Assembly (NCBI RefSeq): GCF_006345805.1
Contig: NC_043018.1
Location: 26,598,001 to 26,662,000, forward strand
Length of the DNA stretch: 64,000 nt
Direction of reading: 5' to 3'
Source of the DNA: Octopus sinensis
Lineage: Eukaryota
The translations under genes were made by a program, and so were the position numbers. The notes under the pieces were generated by a model. That model searched no databases. It was not told the origin of the DNA and saw nothing but the letters and a program-made list of their open reading frames with translations. Positions 48,556-61,770 of this stretch are shown piece after piece. Each line of letters opens with the position of its first letter. Within the stretch, counting starts at the first letter, position 1.

Positions 48556-51500
48556 CATTGTATATTTGTTGTATATCATTGTACAAAACTTAGTAACTAA
48601 TTTCATTAATAATTAATGTTGTTTGTCTGTTTGCTTACTCTTATAATTCCGTTCTAATTAAGAGTGCTTTATATAATAGATAATCTACTCTTGTACAAGG
48701 GGATGTGCTGTAACATTCCTACTTTAAGGGTGTCGTGAAAGGCCTGCTTGGAGGCCCAACTCTCTAAATTTTTTTTATGGGGCTTAGAAAAACTGAAGGA
48801 TCGCTGCAATAATTGTGCCAATCTGAGAGGGGAATATGGTGAATAAAACCATAATTAACTGATCCTCCTGTATTTTCTTTTACCCAAAGCCAGGAACTTT
48901 CCAGCATCCCCTCATAATTGACTGATACTGAATCTCAAAAACGCCAGAGGGTAAAAACCAAGGTAACCATGCCAGAATGTAAGGGCCCACAATTAAATAC
49001 CATAAGCATTTTTGTGTGACACTAATGATTTTTAAAAAAATAAAGAATAATAATCATCATCATCATCATTTAACGCTCGCTTTCCATGTTAGCATGGGTT
49101 GGACGATTTGACTGAGGACTGGCAAACCAGATGGCTGCACCAGGCACCAATCTGATCTGGCAGAGTTTCTACAGCTGGATGCCCTTCCTAACGCCAACCA
49201 TTCCAAGAGTGTAGTGGGTGCTTTCCATGCTAGCATGGGTTGGACGATTTGACTGAGGGCTGGCAAACCAGATGGCTGCACCAGGCTCCAATCTGATCTG
49301 GCAGAGTTTCTACAGCTGGATGCCTTTCCTAACGCCAACCACTCCGAGAGTGTAGTGGGTGCTTTTATGTGCCACCGGCACAAGAGCCAGTCTAGTGGTA
49401 CTGGCAACGGCCATGCTCAAAATGGTGTTTTTATGTGCCACCTGCACATGAGTCAGTCCAGCGGCACTGGCAATGACCTTGCTTGAATGTTTTGTTCATG
49501 TGCCACTGGCACAAGTGCCAGTAAGGCGACACTGGTAACGATCACTCTCAAATGGTGCCTTTTACATGCCACCGGCACAGAAGCCAGACAGCTGCTCTGG
49601 CAGTGATCCTGCTCAGATGGAGCTGTTAGCGCTCCACTGGCATGGGTGCCATTCATCGAATTTGGTTCAATTTCGAATGATTTCTTAAATTGGCACAAAG
49701 CCAGAAATTGCAGGAAACAAAGAAACAGTCAGTTAAATTGATTCTGGCGCTTAAATGATACAAGTTTTAATTTTGGAAGAATAAAAAACAAAGTTCATTT
49801 TAGTAGATGAACTTAGAATGTAAAATGCCAATAAGAGCAGACTTTTGAAGAGAGAAAGAGTTATGGAATTAGAGGAGGGAAGATGGAGGAAAATTAAATA
49901 TTTTGTCAAAAAAAAAAGAAAAACAAAGCAACATATATAGATGCAGGCTTGAATTTGTGGTAATAACCTTGCATCCCAACCACATGGTTCCAGGTTCAGC
50001 CCCACCCTATGGAACATTGGGCAAGTGTCTTCTATTATAGTCTCAGACCAACCACAGCCTTATCAGTGGATTTGGTAGATGGAAATTGAAAGAAGCCCTT
50101 CATATACAACATATGTATACATGTGTATGTGTGTGCCTTTGTCCCCCTCTGCCACTTGACAACCAGTGTTGGTGTGTTTACATCTCCGTGACATAGCAGC
50201 TCAGCAAAAGGACTCGATAGAATAAGTAGCAAGCTACAAAAAGGGGTAAAAAAAATCATATGGGGAGCGATTCATTCAACGAAAAATTCTTCAAGGTAGT
50301 GCCCCAGCATGGCGGCAGTCTGAGTTCAAATTCCACTGAGGTCGGCTTTGCCTTTCATCCTTTCTGGGTCGATTAAATAAGTACCAGTTACGCACTGGAG
50401 TCGATATAATTGACTTAATCTGTTTGTCTGTCCTCTCTGTGTTTAGCCCCTTGTGGGTAGTTAAGAAATAGGTATTTCACTCGTCACTACGTTCTGAGTT
50501 CAAATTCCACCAAGGCCGACTATGCCTTTCATCCTTTCGAGGTTGAAAAACCGCTCTCCCAAAATGGCTGTCCTTGTGGCAAAATTTGAAATCATTATTA
50601 TTATTATTGTTGTTGTTGTTATAGAATATGAATAATAATAAAGCAGGAGTGAAGAACGACGGAAAAAAGAAACGACCATCTCCAAATATAACAATATTTT
50701 GAAAGTCCACTATCAGAACAAATACTGCAAAGTATGAATAAATATTCTCTTATATATTCTAACATTTCTTCTCAATTTTTATCAAAATTGCCGAGTTTTA
50801 TGGGATTTCTTTCCATAAATTCACAACACGCCATATACAAGTATTATTTTCATATTCGCAATTTTACACCAGGTAAGCTACCAACAAAATATGAAGAATT
50901 AATATTAAGAATCTTTTTTTTTTTTGAAAATCTCCAAATTAATGGACGAATCTAATTCAACTTTTTAACATATATTACCGCAAAGTATATTTAGTTCAAT
51001 GCTTCAGTTAATATTCTTCCAATCCTGTTTTTACAAATCTTTGACGTCTGTTATTGTCTTTTACTCACGTTTCACTCTAAAGGTGAAATTTGTTTTACCT
51101 TTTTTTCCCCTTCTTTTAAGGTTTTGTGAAGAAATCTAACCATCAAAATCGTCGGAAACCACTCGTTCTTTAGGTAAAAATCTCACTTTTAAAATATAGA
51201 CATCATTAGTACAGGAACGAAATTTGCTTAAGGGGTGCAAACCCAATTTTTCAGGAGAATATTCAAAGAGTTTTCGTCATCCACTACGAAAAAATTAGAA
51301 TTAAACGGGTAGCGTTGTGCTTGCACCCCTGTTCCTGAGCCTACAATAAACAGGTGTAATAACTCATACAGGTGTAGTAACTCATATATGTGTGCTTGGC
51401 GGAGGTGTTAAATGTGATATTTAGTATTAATCAGGCATTATCTCATAGCTTTGGGGTTTTAATGTAGAGACTGTTTATTTTTTAGAATAACATTGTAGGG

Positions 51501-53084
51501 TAAAGTAATTGACATATTGGATTTCATTGAGCTAGAAGGAAGGGAAAAAAACCAAGTTGACCTTATCAAGAACTGAACTCAAAGAGTAAGGGACCACATT
51601 TAAATACCATAAGCATTTTTGTGCGACACAAACGATTTTTAAAATAATAAACGGTAACGATTTCTTACTCTGGCAGAAAGGCAGAAATTTGCAGGATACA
51701 AAGAAACAGTCATTTATAATGATTCCGGTAATTGAAAGACACACGTTTTAATTACCTTAGAAGGATGAAAAGCAAAGTTTGCTTTTATGGGATTTGAACT
51801 CAGAACGTAAAGACTGTGGTGACTACTTTTCAAATGGCATAGTATGGTGGGTGTGACAGGCTGCACGTGGCCAGTTTGAATGTCAAAACAGGTAGAATAT
51901 TTGGGCCAAGTTTGGCCGGTTTAAATGTTAAAGAGAAAAAAATCCGATACAACAACCAGAGATTTAAAATTCCATTACATATAGTTTCATACGTTAGTGT
52001 TCCGAGTTCAAATCTTAACACAATCACCTCTGCTTTTCTACAGCAAGAGTAGAGGTTGGTGGCGGCGGTGTAGGCTCTAAGCCGCCGGTTAGACCCTTTT
52101 GGATGTATTTTCATTCACTTATTTTAACGAACCCATCAAAGGAAATAATATTAATAATGAGTTAAACTGTGTCATCTGTTTCACTTTAGAAATGAGTTTT
52201 TCCCTGGGGTTTTGACGTTTTCAAACGAATCTGTCCATCAGAATCTTCGGAAACCATTCGTTCTTTAGGTAAAAATTTCACGTTCAAATCGAGGAGTATG
52301 ACAAGAAAAAATTTACCGATACCCGGAATCAATAGACCGAAAGAATAAATCAATAATATAGCATTGTGGTGTTGGGACACTCTCGACAGTCGCCTCCCCA
52401 CCAATATAGAGATACACACCCCGTTGACATGGAAGTCAAATGAAGAGATAGCGGGATCCTAGACACTCTCAGAAGCCCTAAGTACAGCGTCGCAGTGAGT
52501 CCCACGGATGGGACCCACCCCAAAGGGAGGACAAAAGGAAGAAAAGAAGGCTAAAACAATACCCAAACAAACTTCTGACCGGCGTGACACGAGTGCGAAC
52601 TGAGAAAGTCCGGCTGGGGTTGAGAGCAATAGGAGAGCAAAAGACCCAACAGAGACGAATGGAGAGAAACCGTCGATAGCTTATGTCCCAGTAAAGGGGT
52701 CAAGACCCTGAATGACTGAGTGTTGAATTAAAAAACAATATAAGTAATAGTAGTAACAATAAACAAATATAGATATGTATATATATACACAAATACCTTT
52801 TAATTCTGTGTTTTCTCTTTAAAAAACATTAAACGTGGTCTCTGAAGTTGCAGTTGAGATTATGAAAGAGATAATGTCTTCAACAATAAAAGCAATAATT
52901 TGAAAACATACATACAACATATATTTATATATCATGCGTATGTACAGATATATATATATATATATATCAAAAAATTAAATATATATACAAAAGTATGAGA
53001 TATATATGTGTTGTGTGTGTGTATATATATATACACAAAGGAAAAAAATCAAGTCACTGAGTTGACTGACAACTGAACTTTTAC

Positions 53085-53195
53085 CGTTGCTCCTCACGCC
53101 TTGACCAAAACATTTCATAAACATCCGTTTCCAACAACGCTTTGTGACATCGCCATGTTTTAAAATCTGACATGCGCAACTGCTACTTCCGCTTT
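53085..53195 (-). promoter_or_regulatory. Candidate INPP5E promoter / non-coding first exon
   Basis: ETS (ACTTCCGC 53185-53192), NRF1-like (CATGCGCA 53171-53178) and YY1 (CGCCATGTT 53151-53159) motifs, then donor CG|GTAAAA at 53084. An unpaired acceptor exists at 40789. Confidence 0.5.
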
Positions 53196-53269
53196 CACTA
53201 CCCTCCTACTCCCCCCCCCCCCCCCCACTGTGACTGCATACAACTGTTGCGGCTCGCCTCCGCAAACGT

Positions 53270-54068
53270 CGTCACCACCACCACCACCACCATCAACTAC
53301 TGCTGCCGCTGACGCTGTGTCACCGCCACCACTATCATCATCATTACTACTACAACGATACTACTGCTACTACTACTACTACTGCTGCCGTCACCACCAT
53401 CACCCCAATATCGCTGACGCCGCCGTCAAAACCACCACCACTACTACTACTGCTGCGGCTGCCGTCACATCCACCACCACCACCACCACCACAACTACCA
53501 CTAATACTACTGATACTACTATATCCATATTATTACTACTACAACTATACTACTACAATTACCACCACCACCACCACTACTACTACCACCACCACCACCA
53601 CCACTACTACTACCACCACCACTACTACCACTACCACCACCACCACCACTACTACTACCACCACCACCACCACCACTACCACCACTACTACTACTACTAC
53701 TACCACCACCACCACCACTACCACTACCACCACCACCACCACTACTACTACTACCACCACCACCACCACTACCACTACCACCACCACCACCACTACTACT
53801 ACCACCACCACCACCACCACCACCACCACCACCACTACTACTACTACTACCACCACCACCACCACCACTACCACTACCACCACTACCACCACTACTACTA
53901 CTACCACTACCACCACCACCACCACTACCACTACCACCACCACCACCACTACTACCACCACCACCACCACTACCACTACCACCACCACCACCACTACTAC
54001 TACCACCACCACCACTACCACTACCACCACCACCACCACCACTACTACTACTACCACTACTACTACTA
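53270..54068. repeat. ~800-bp (CAC/TAC)n triplet repeat
   Basis: Direct inspection; the distal ~520 bp consists of CAC and TAC triplets only. Confidence 0.95.
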
Positions 54069-54184
54069 GCTCCACGAAAAATTTAGTCATTTTGGTTTAT
54101 AGCTTTCTTTCTTTCTTTCTTTCTTTATTCGGTTCATTCATTCATTGATTCGTTGTTTTGCTTATGTTTATATAAATAAACACT

Positions 54185-54198
54185 GTTGCCATGGCAGC
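54185..54198. promoter_or_regulatory. RFX X-box
   Basis: GTTGCCATGGCAGC is one mismatch from the palindromic X-box GTTGCCATGGCAAC, and lies in unique sequence upstream of a ciliary gene. Confidence 0.55.
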
Positions 54199-54412
54199 GG
54201 CTTTGTTATTGGTATTGATAACAATAACAACGTGGTTTTTGTTTACGTTATTGTCTAAGTACAAAGTCAGCACGGATCGAAAGCATTTTCCAACCGTGAC
54301 TGTGCGTTTTTTTTCTTTTCTTTTTCTTTCATTTTTTTTTTTATAAATGTATGTATTTCGGACTTCCCATTAGGAAAGACTTCTTTTGTATCCCATTCCC
54401 CATAAAAATTTT

Positions 54413-54465
<53 letters not shown>

Positions 54466-54617
54466 ACACATTGTAGAAGATTGATTTCTTACCATGTCTT
54501 ATAATAATAATGATGATAAAGCCATAAAAATGAATTTCTATTAAAATTGAAGACTTTCTCATCGTCATTATTATTAAGACATGGTAAGAAATCAATTTTC
54601 TACCATGGATATCTTTT

Positions 54618-55355
54618 GCGGAGAACTGGCAGAAACGTTAGCACGCCGGGCGAAATGCGTAGCCGTATTTCGTCTGCCGTTACGTTCTCAGTTCAAATTC
54701 CGCCGAGGTCGATAAATTAAGTACCAGTTACGCACTGAGATCGATGTAATCGACTTAATCCGTTTGTCTGGCCTTGTTTGTCCCCTCTGTGTTTAGCCCC
54801 TTGTGGGTAGTAAAGAAATAGGTATTTCGTCTGCCGCTACGTTGTGAGTTCAAATTCCGCCGAGGTCGACTTTGCCTTTCATCCTTTCGAGGTCGATTAA
54901 ATAAGTACCAGTTACACACTGGGGTCGATATAATCGACTTAATTCGTTCGTCTGTCCTTGTTTGTCCCCTCTGTGTTTAGCCCCTTGTGAGTAGTAAAGA
55001 AATGGGTATTTCGTCTGCCGCTACCTTCTGAGTTCAAATTCCGCCGAGGTCGACTTTGCCTTTCATCCTTTCGAGGTCGATAAATTAAGTACCAGTTACG
55101 CACTGGAGTCGATATAATCGTCTTAATCCGTTTGTCTATCCTTGTTTGTCCCCTCTGTGTTTAGCCCCTTGTGGGTAGTAAAGAAATAGGTATTTCGTCC
55201 GTCTTTACGTTCTGAGTTCAAATTCCGCTGAGGTCGACTTTGCCTTTCATCCTTTCGGGCTCGATAAATTAAGTACCAGTTGCGTACTGAGTCGATCTAA
55301 TCGACGGGCCCCCTCCCCCAAAATTTCGGGCCTTATGCCTGGAGTAGAAAAGAAC
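54618..55355 (+). mobile_element. Tandem multimer of a Deu/Nin-domain tRNA SINE (family B), 184-bp period
   Basis: TATTTCGTC restarts at 54666, 54823, 55007 and 55191 (first unit has a 27-bp deletion); core GCCTTTCATCCTTTCGRGGTCGATAAATTAAGTACCAG. Confidence 0.88.
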
Positions 55356-57171
55356 ATTTTTTGGTTAATTTTTATGGGGCGGATACAAAAGGAATTCTTT
55401 CCCTACAGGAAAGATTATCCAATGTTCTCTCGTTTTTCTTTTTTTTTTTTAACGCAGTAGAGAATGAGTTGATAGACGTTTAGTTGTTATTTCTAGCAGC
55501 TTAAGTAATCGCGTCTTCTAACTTCACTTGTTCAAACATGTTATTTCAGTTATGAGTTGCGTTTGTCGTTTATTAAGATTCTTCGGACGATTAACCCCTG
55601 TGTCCTTAAACATGATTTTAAATAAATAATACCATCTACGTTTCGATCGGCTCCTAGTGTTCTTATTCAGTTATTACCTTTGTTTTTTTGTTTTTGTTAG
55701 TATGTGGTCCGAGCAGTTTTGATCGGACGGACCTCTGGTCCAACGGCTTTATGAGTGCAAAATCTTGCTCGGCCAGCTTTACTTTCGGTCCTTTTCGTGG
55801 TTCTTACTTTCGACCTTTTTACTTGTTTTCCGTCAATTGACTGCGGCCATGCCGGAGCACTGCCTTGATGTGTTTCAGTCGAACAAATCGACCCCAGTAC
55901 ACTTGTTAAAGTCTGATTCTTATTCTATCGGTCTCTTTTGCCGAACCGCTAGTGTTGATTTGTTTACAAACAAATCAACACAAGTTGTCAAGTGATGATA
56001 GTAGGGGAGCACACACACACTCTGTCTCTCTTGCTTAATGGGTGTAGACCCAGGTCCAAAAGTTTTTAGAAACATAGAGGCAGGTGTGGCTGTGTGGTAA
56101 GAAGCTTACTTCCCAACGACATGGTTCTGGGTTCAGTCCCACTGCATGGCAACTTGGGTGAGTGTCTTCAATTATAACCTTGGGCCGACCAAAGCCTTGT
56201 GAGTGGATTTGGTAGGCGGAAACTGAAAGAAGCCTGTTGTGTGTGTGTGTATATATATGTGTGTGTGTGTGTGTATGTATTTATGTGCGTATCTTTGTGT
56301 CTGTGTTTGTCCCCCTCATCATTGCTTGACAACCGATGTTGGTACTTAAATAAACTGGTACTTAGTTTATCAACCTTGAAAGGACGAAAGGCAAAGTCAA
56401 CCTCGGCGGAATTTGAACTCAGAACGTAACGGCAGACGAAATACCTATTTCTTTACTACCCACAAGGGGCTAAACATAGGGAGGACAAACAAGGACAGAC
56501 ACACGGATTAAGTCGATTATATCGACCCCTGTGCGTAACTGGTACTTCTTTAATCGACTCCAAAAGGAAGAAAGGCAAAGTCGACCTCGGCGGAATTTGA
56601 ACTCAGAACATAGCGGCAGACAGAATACTGCTAAGCATTTCGCCCGGCGTGCTAACGTTTCTGCCAGCTCGCCACCTTTCAGTTTCTGTCCACCAAATTC
56701 TGTCACAAGACATTGGTGGCCTGTGGCTTATAGTAGAAGACACTTGCCTAAAGTGTCACACAGTGGAACTGACCCTGACGCCATGTGGTTCCAACACAAG
56801 CTTCTTAACCACTGAGCCATGCCAACACCTAGCTTTTGAAGATGAATTTTGCTTTTTTAATCAATTTATATCTACAACATTTAAATTAAGATTAAGATGT
56901 CAAAGGTTATTTATTTCTTTTTTGTCTTTTGAGAATGAGTTAGGGCTCCAGAAAAAAATTAATTTCAAATTTTGGCACAAGGCCAGCAATCTCAAGGGAA
57001 GCGGTAAGTTGATTATGTTAACCCAGTGTTTCACTGGTACTTAGTTTATTGACCCTGAAAGGATGAAAAGCAAAGTCAACCTCGGTGGAATTTGAACTCA
57101 GAATTTGAAGGTAGATGAAATGCTACTAAACATTTTGCCCAGCGTCCTAACAATTCTGCCAGCTTACCGCT

Positions 57172-57285
<114 letters not shown>

Positions 57286-57507
57286 CGTCGTCGTCGTTTA
57301 ACGTCCGCTTTCCATGCTAGGTTCAACTGGGGTCTGGGAAGCCAGAAGGCTGCACCATGCTAGCATGGGTTGGATGATTTGACTGAGATCTGGCGAACCA
57401 GATGGCAGCCCCAGACTCCAATCTGATCTGGCAGTGTTTCTACAGCTGGATGCCCTTCCTAACGCCAACCACTCTGTGAGTGTAGTGGGTGCTTTTTATG
57501 TGCCACC

Positions 57508-57553
<46 letters not shown>

Positions 57554-58409
57554 TTTCAAATTTTGGCACAAGGACAGCAATTTTCAGGGAGGAGTTAATT
57601 AGAACTCAGAACATAACGGCAGACGAAATACCGCTAAGCATTTCGCCCGGCATGCTAACGTTTCTGCCAGCTCACCGCCGTTTCCAGAAAAATATTGATT
57701 AATCAATCGTAGTTGGTTTTCATATGGTACAGCACATACCAATTAATCATTATACCAATTAATCAAGACTAATCCAATCAAGTGCAACAACAGCATTTAG
57801 GGCAATTTTGAACTTAATTTTCAAAATCGTTACAATATCGGTGCCACCTTGTTTTTCAGTCACCGTTTATTTATAGTAGTTACAGCTCCAGAATGGATGC
57901 TGTCAGGTACAACTTTTATGAAAATTTGTCTCAAAACAGCAAGAACAACAACAAACAACAACAGCAGCAGTAACATCCTCGTTGCAAACAATTTCATTAT
58001 CAACTGTGAGTCTTTTTTATTTCTGTGATTGTTTTACAGGTCTCTCACTTACTGAGCAATTACTGCTTGCATTCAATCTGATTTGATTAACAAAGTGTAC
58101 ACACACAAACAAATACATCGTTTGTTTCAACCTGTAATTCTTCTATTTCCAGTGCGTCCATTTTCACCTAATGAATAAATGATGTCTGCATTGTGCCTTC
58201 AACCAATTTTATCGATTCACTGAATTTTATTCTAGACAGAGCATACACGTGTATTGTCATTAACATATAAAGATCTCTTTGTCATGAGCAACAAACTAGA
58301 TTGCTCATCATAATATTGTGGCATATGTTCAGTTCTCACGAAAGCATTTTTGTCATAAGGAAGTGTCTGGCGTGTTGCATAATCCTGCTATGTCCAGAGA
58401 ATTTTATCT

Positions 58410-58785
58410 TTGAGGAGACCTATTGAGTCAAGTACATGAACATCGAAAAAAATAAAATCAAATGGAAATAGTAGTTGTGATAGCTCTGCCGTAAAAAGCA
58501 CCATCCGAACGTGGCCGATGCCAGCACAGCCTTGACTGGCTTCTGTGCTGGTGGCACGTAAAAATCACCAACCGATCGTAACCTCTGCCAGACTCCCCTG
58601 GCACCTGTGTCGGTGGCACGTAAAAAGCACCCACTACACTCACGGAGTGGTTGGCGTAGGAAGGGCATCCAGCTGTAGAAACCACCAGATCAGACTGGAG
58701 CCTAGTGCAGCCTCCTGGCTTCCCAGACCCTGGTCGAACCGTCCAACCCGTGCTAGCACGGAAAACGGACGTTAAACGATGATGA
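58410..58785 (+). mobile_element. RTE 3'-UTR copy with (GAT)n tail
   Basis: Same family as 33400-33967. Confidence 0.8.
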
Positions 58786-59142
58786 TATGTTTTGTAGTAA
58801 GTCTATGACTGTCATCCCACCTATGAAAGGACACAACAGAGCGAATATCGGATTCAATCAAAGAAAGTGGCATGAAAGATTTGTCACATAAAAACGAACA
58901 AAAAAGACAATCTTTTACTTGTTTTAGGACCTTTTACTTGTTTCAGTCATTAGACTGTGGCCATACTGGGGTACTGCCTTGAAAAATTTTTAGTCGAATG
59001 TATTGTGGGTTTTTCTTTTCTTTTTTTAAGCCAGGTACTTATTCTGTCGATATCTTTTGCTGAACCACTAATGTATGGGGATGTAAACACACCAACACTA
59101 GTTGTCAAGCAATGGTGGGAGACAAAGATGCACACACACACA

Positions 59143-59173
<31 letters not shown>

Positions 59174-59429
59174 AACAAACACACACACATAAATGCATAT
59201 GTGATGGACTTATCTCTATATATATAAAACTGAGAATGTGTGTCTGTCTGTCTGTGTGTTTCCCTAAAACTTGAGAACTACACAACCAATTTCATTCAAA
59301 TTTTACACATGCCTTACTTAGGGTCCGAGGAGTGTCATCGGCAAAAAAATGTGTTTAAGAAGTTTAAAACTTATCTTTATCCGTTTGCCTTCCAGTCCTC
59401 TCCCACCTTGTACTAGAAAGAATGATATT

Positions 59430-59520
59430 CAGTAATACCTCACTTTACGAGGACTCGCTTTACGAGACTCCGGGTTTACAAATTTTATTTTTCGAGCACG
59501 AGATTAAAATTTTGAACGAA
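59430..59520 (+). mobile_element. Possible pogo/Tigger-like transposon end
   Basis: CAGTAATACCTCACTTTACGAG resembles pogo-type TIRs; no partner end found. Confidence 0.3.
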
Positions 59521-59957
59521 GTGCAAAAGCTTCTTTTTCCATAACAAATGCTTCTGTGTGTTACCGGGAAATTTATAGAGTGCATAATAAAACTTTTTCT
59601 ACGTAAGCGACTCAAAATTTGTTTTTTTTTAAAGAAATCTACAAGTCTGTCTACGAGTGCTTGTGAATCGGCGATCACGTCTACATGTGATGGTGTGCGG
59701 GAGTGAAAGTGATTCAGAAAACGATCATAAAAATAATCCCTTCTACTTATAGGCACAAGGTCTCAAATCTGGAGGAGGGGGTCCCGCCGGTTACATCGAC
59801 CTCCAGTATTCCACTAATACTTAGTTCATTGACCCCGGGAATTTGAACTCAAAACGTACATCTTGACATTCTTTCTACTCTACATAAAATATTCGTTATA
59901 TTCTACTGTTGTTTTATTGCCAAATATTTACGATGTTATATATTTTACAGGTAAAAC

Positions 59958-60376
59958 AGATATTTTCGGTTTGAACGGCAGTTTTTCTAGCAGTGTCATA
60001 TGAAATTGTCACCCATAATTATGACCCTAGTATCGATCTATTGCATTTCAATCTGTTTTAGGGTTAGGGTTAGGGGTGGGGGGAAGGGTATCTTTTTTCT
60101 TCAGAAATGTAAATAAACCCAATCTGTTTCTTAAACGAGGGACATATTCATACGGTACAGAATGTTTTCACCTCAATAGACGTCATTGATTGGTTGAAAT
60201 TGCAGAAATTGAAGAAAAAAAAAACAAAGCAAATATCTTACAAACTATAGAATTTTCACAATAAAGCCAAGAGAAAAAGATGTTTTATAAACACATTCTA
60301 CCAGTATATGAAGTTTAAAAGTGTTTAGTTACGTGGAAATTATTTAAAAAAACTGCCGTTCAAACCGAAAAGATCC
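59958..60376. mobile_element. ~415-bp MITE, copy 2 of the 6785-7196 family
   Basis: TIRs as in copy 1; perfect TSD GGTAAAAC at 59950-59957 and 60377-60384; internal TTAGGGTTAGGG. Confidence 0.88.
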
Positions 60377-61229
60377 GGTAAAACATTTTAGGGAAAACAA
60401 ATTGCGATTTATAACATTGCTACTATGGGGAAATTATTGTTCTGCTTTATGAGTTTTCATTTTGCTAGCGATCTCTGGAAACAAATTAACACACACATAT
60501 ATAGAGAGAGAGATATAGATATTACTGTTATATAAGTCTTCCTAGATGCGAATGGGATTATATAACAAGAGAATAAAGTTCTATCGACAGCTGAGATGTT
60601 CCCTTGTCTGTCCGAAAGGGGAAGTATAAAGATAACACTGGCAATTTGCATTCGGGTCGTTAATTGAAACGAAATATCTGGGTCTTGTGAAATACTTGTA
60701 ACTTCTTTATTATTAGTTGCTAGGGGATAAAAATTAATATAATTTTCGTCATCAGCCTGCAAAACTACATCAAGGCTACATTTTTTTAAAGTAATGTGGT
60801 GAAAATTTGATATATTTCAAATGGTTAGAAGAAATTTTTTATATTTAATATCTTTGACATCGGTGAAATGGGTACATAATCGAATTTTTCTTTTTAATTA
60901 ATGAATTGTAATACTATTTAATTGCACGGTCATCTAGTAATTCGAATGCCTCCTGTTTTCTTTATTTTTTTTTTAATGCGAGATGGTCTGGAGATTCAGC
61001 TGCTATTTCTAGCAGGTCTTCTCGTATGCCTATGTTGAGTATCACCACACACACACATACAGAAGAGAGAAGCTTAGCAGTAAAATTTTCGTCAAATAAT
61101 CTCAGCCGATTTTAATAGGGTACATACACGATGTATAAATAAAGGACGGGATGGTCATGGCAAGAATGCTTTGATCATAATTGTGTATGATCAACGATAA
61201 TGACTAACACACACTCGGCCGCACGCACA

Positions 61230-61770
61230 CATCGTGTATACGACAAACACAAACACACACATACATACGCATAGATACGCACGAACACATACACATAAAC
61301 ACATGCACACACACATACACATGTGCGTGAACACCGCGCGGCACAATGGCAGCACACATACGCATAGGTGTATATATACACACAAACGCACAACAGACTC
61401 ACACCGAACGTTCAAAAACAATACAAGGATACAAACACATACGAACACACTACACAAAGGCAACACACACACACACCACGCGTATTCACAAGCATATACA
61501 GATACATACATATACAACACAAAAAAACACACACACTCAAGTGCGTGCGGATACACACTCTTTAAGACAAACACATTCGAAGTCATACACAATCATAGTG
61601 ACATACACACACACACACACATACATACATACATACACTCATACAAACATACATACATACATACATACATACATACACACACATATACATACATACATAC
61701 ATACATACACACATACACACATACATACATACGTACATACATACATACATACATACATACATACATACAG
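61230..61770. repeat. Degenerate (CA)n/(TACA)n microsatellite region
   Basis: Direct inspection. Confidence 0.9.

Noticed and set aside
53230-54090. 279-aa His/Tyr-rich ORF and 181-aa poly-Val ORF
   Set aside because: Both are reading frames of a CAC/TAC triplet repeat, with no splice or homology support.
54191-54346. 51-codon ORF MAAALLLVLITITTWFLFTLLSK... with GCCATGG context
   Set aside because: The ATG is part of the X-box palindrome; no strong donor or downstream + strand exons found.
54666-55300. CRISPR-like regular array
   Set aside because: The units are whole 184-bp SINE bodies with no unique spacers, no cas genes, and the context is eukaryotic.
55690-55760. Possible + strand exon or small RNA hairpin (GTCCGA...TCGGAC)
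   Set aside because: Only a 6-bp stem, no recognisable peptide or RNA family; resembles degenerate SINE tail sequence seen elsewhere in the window.
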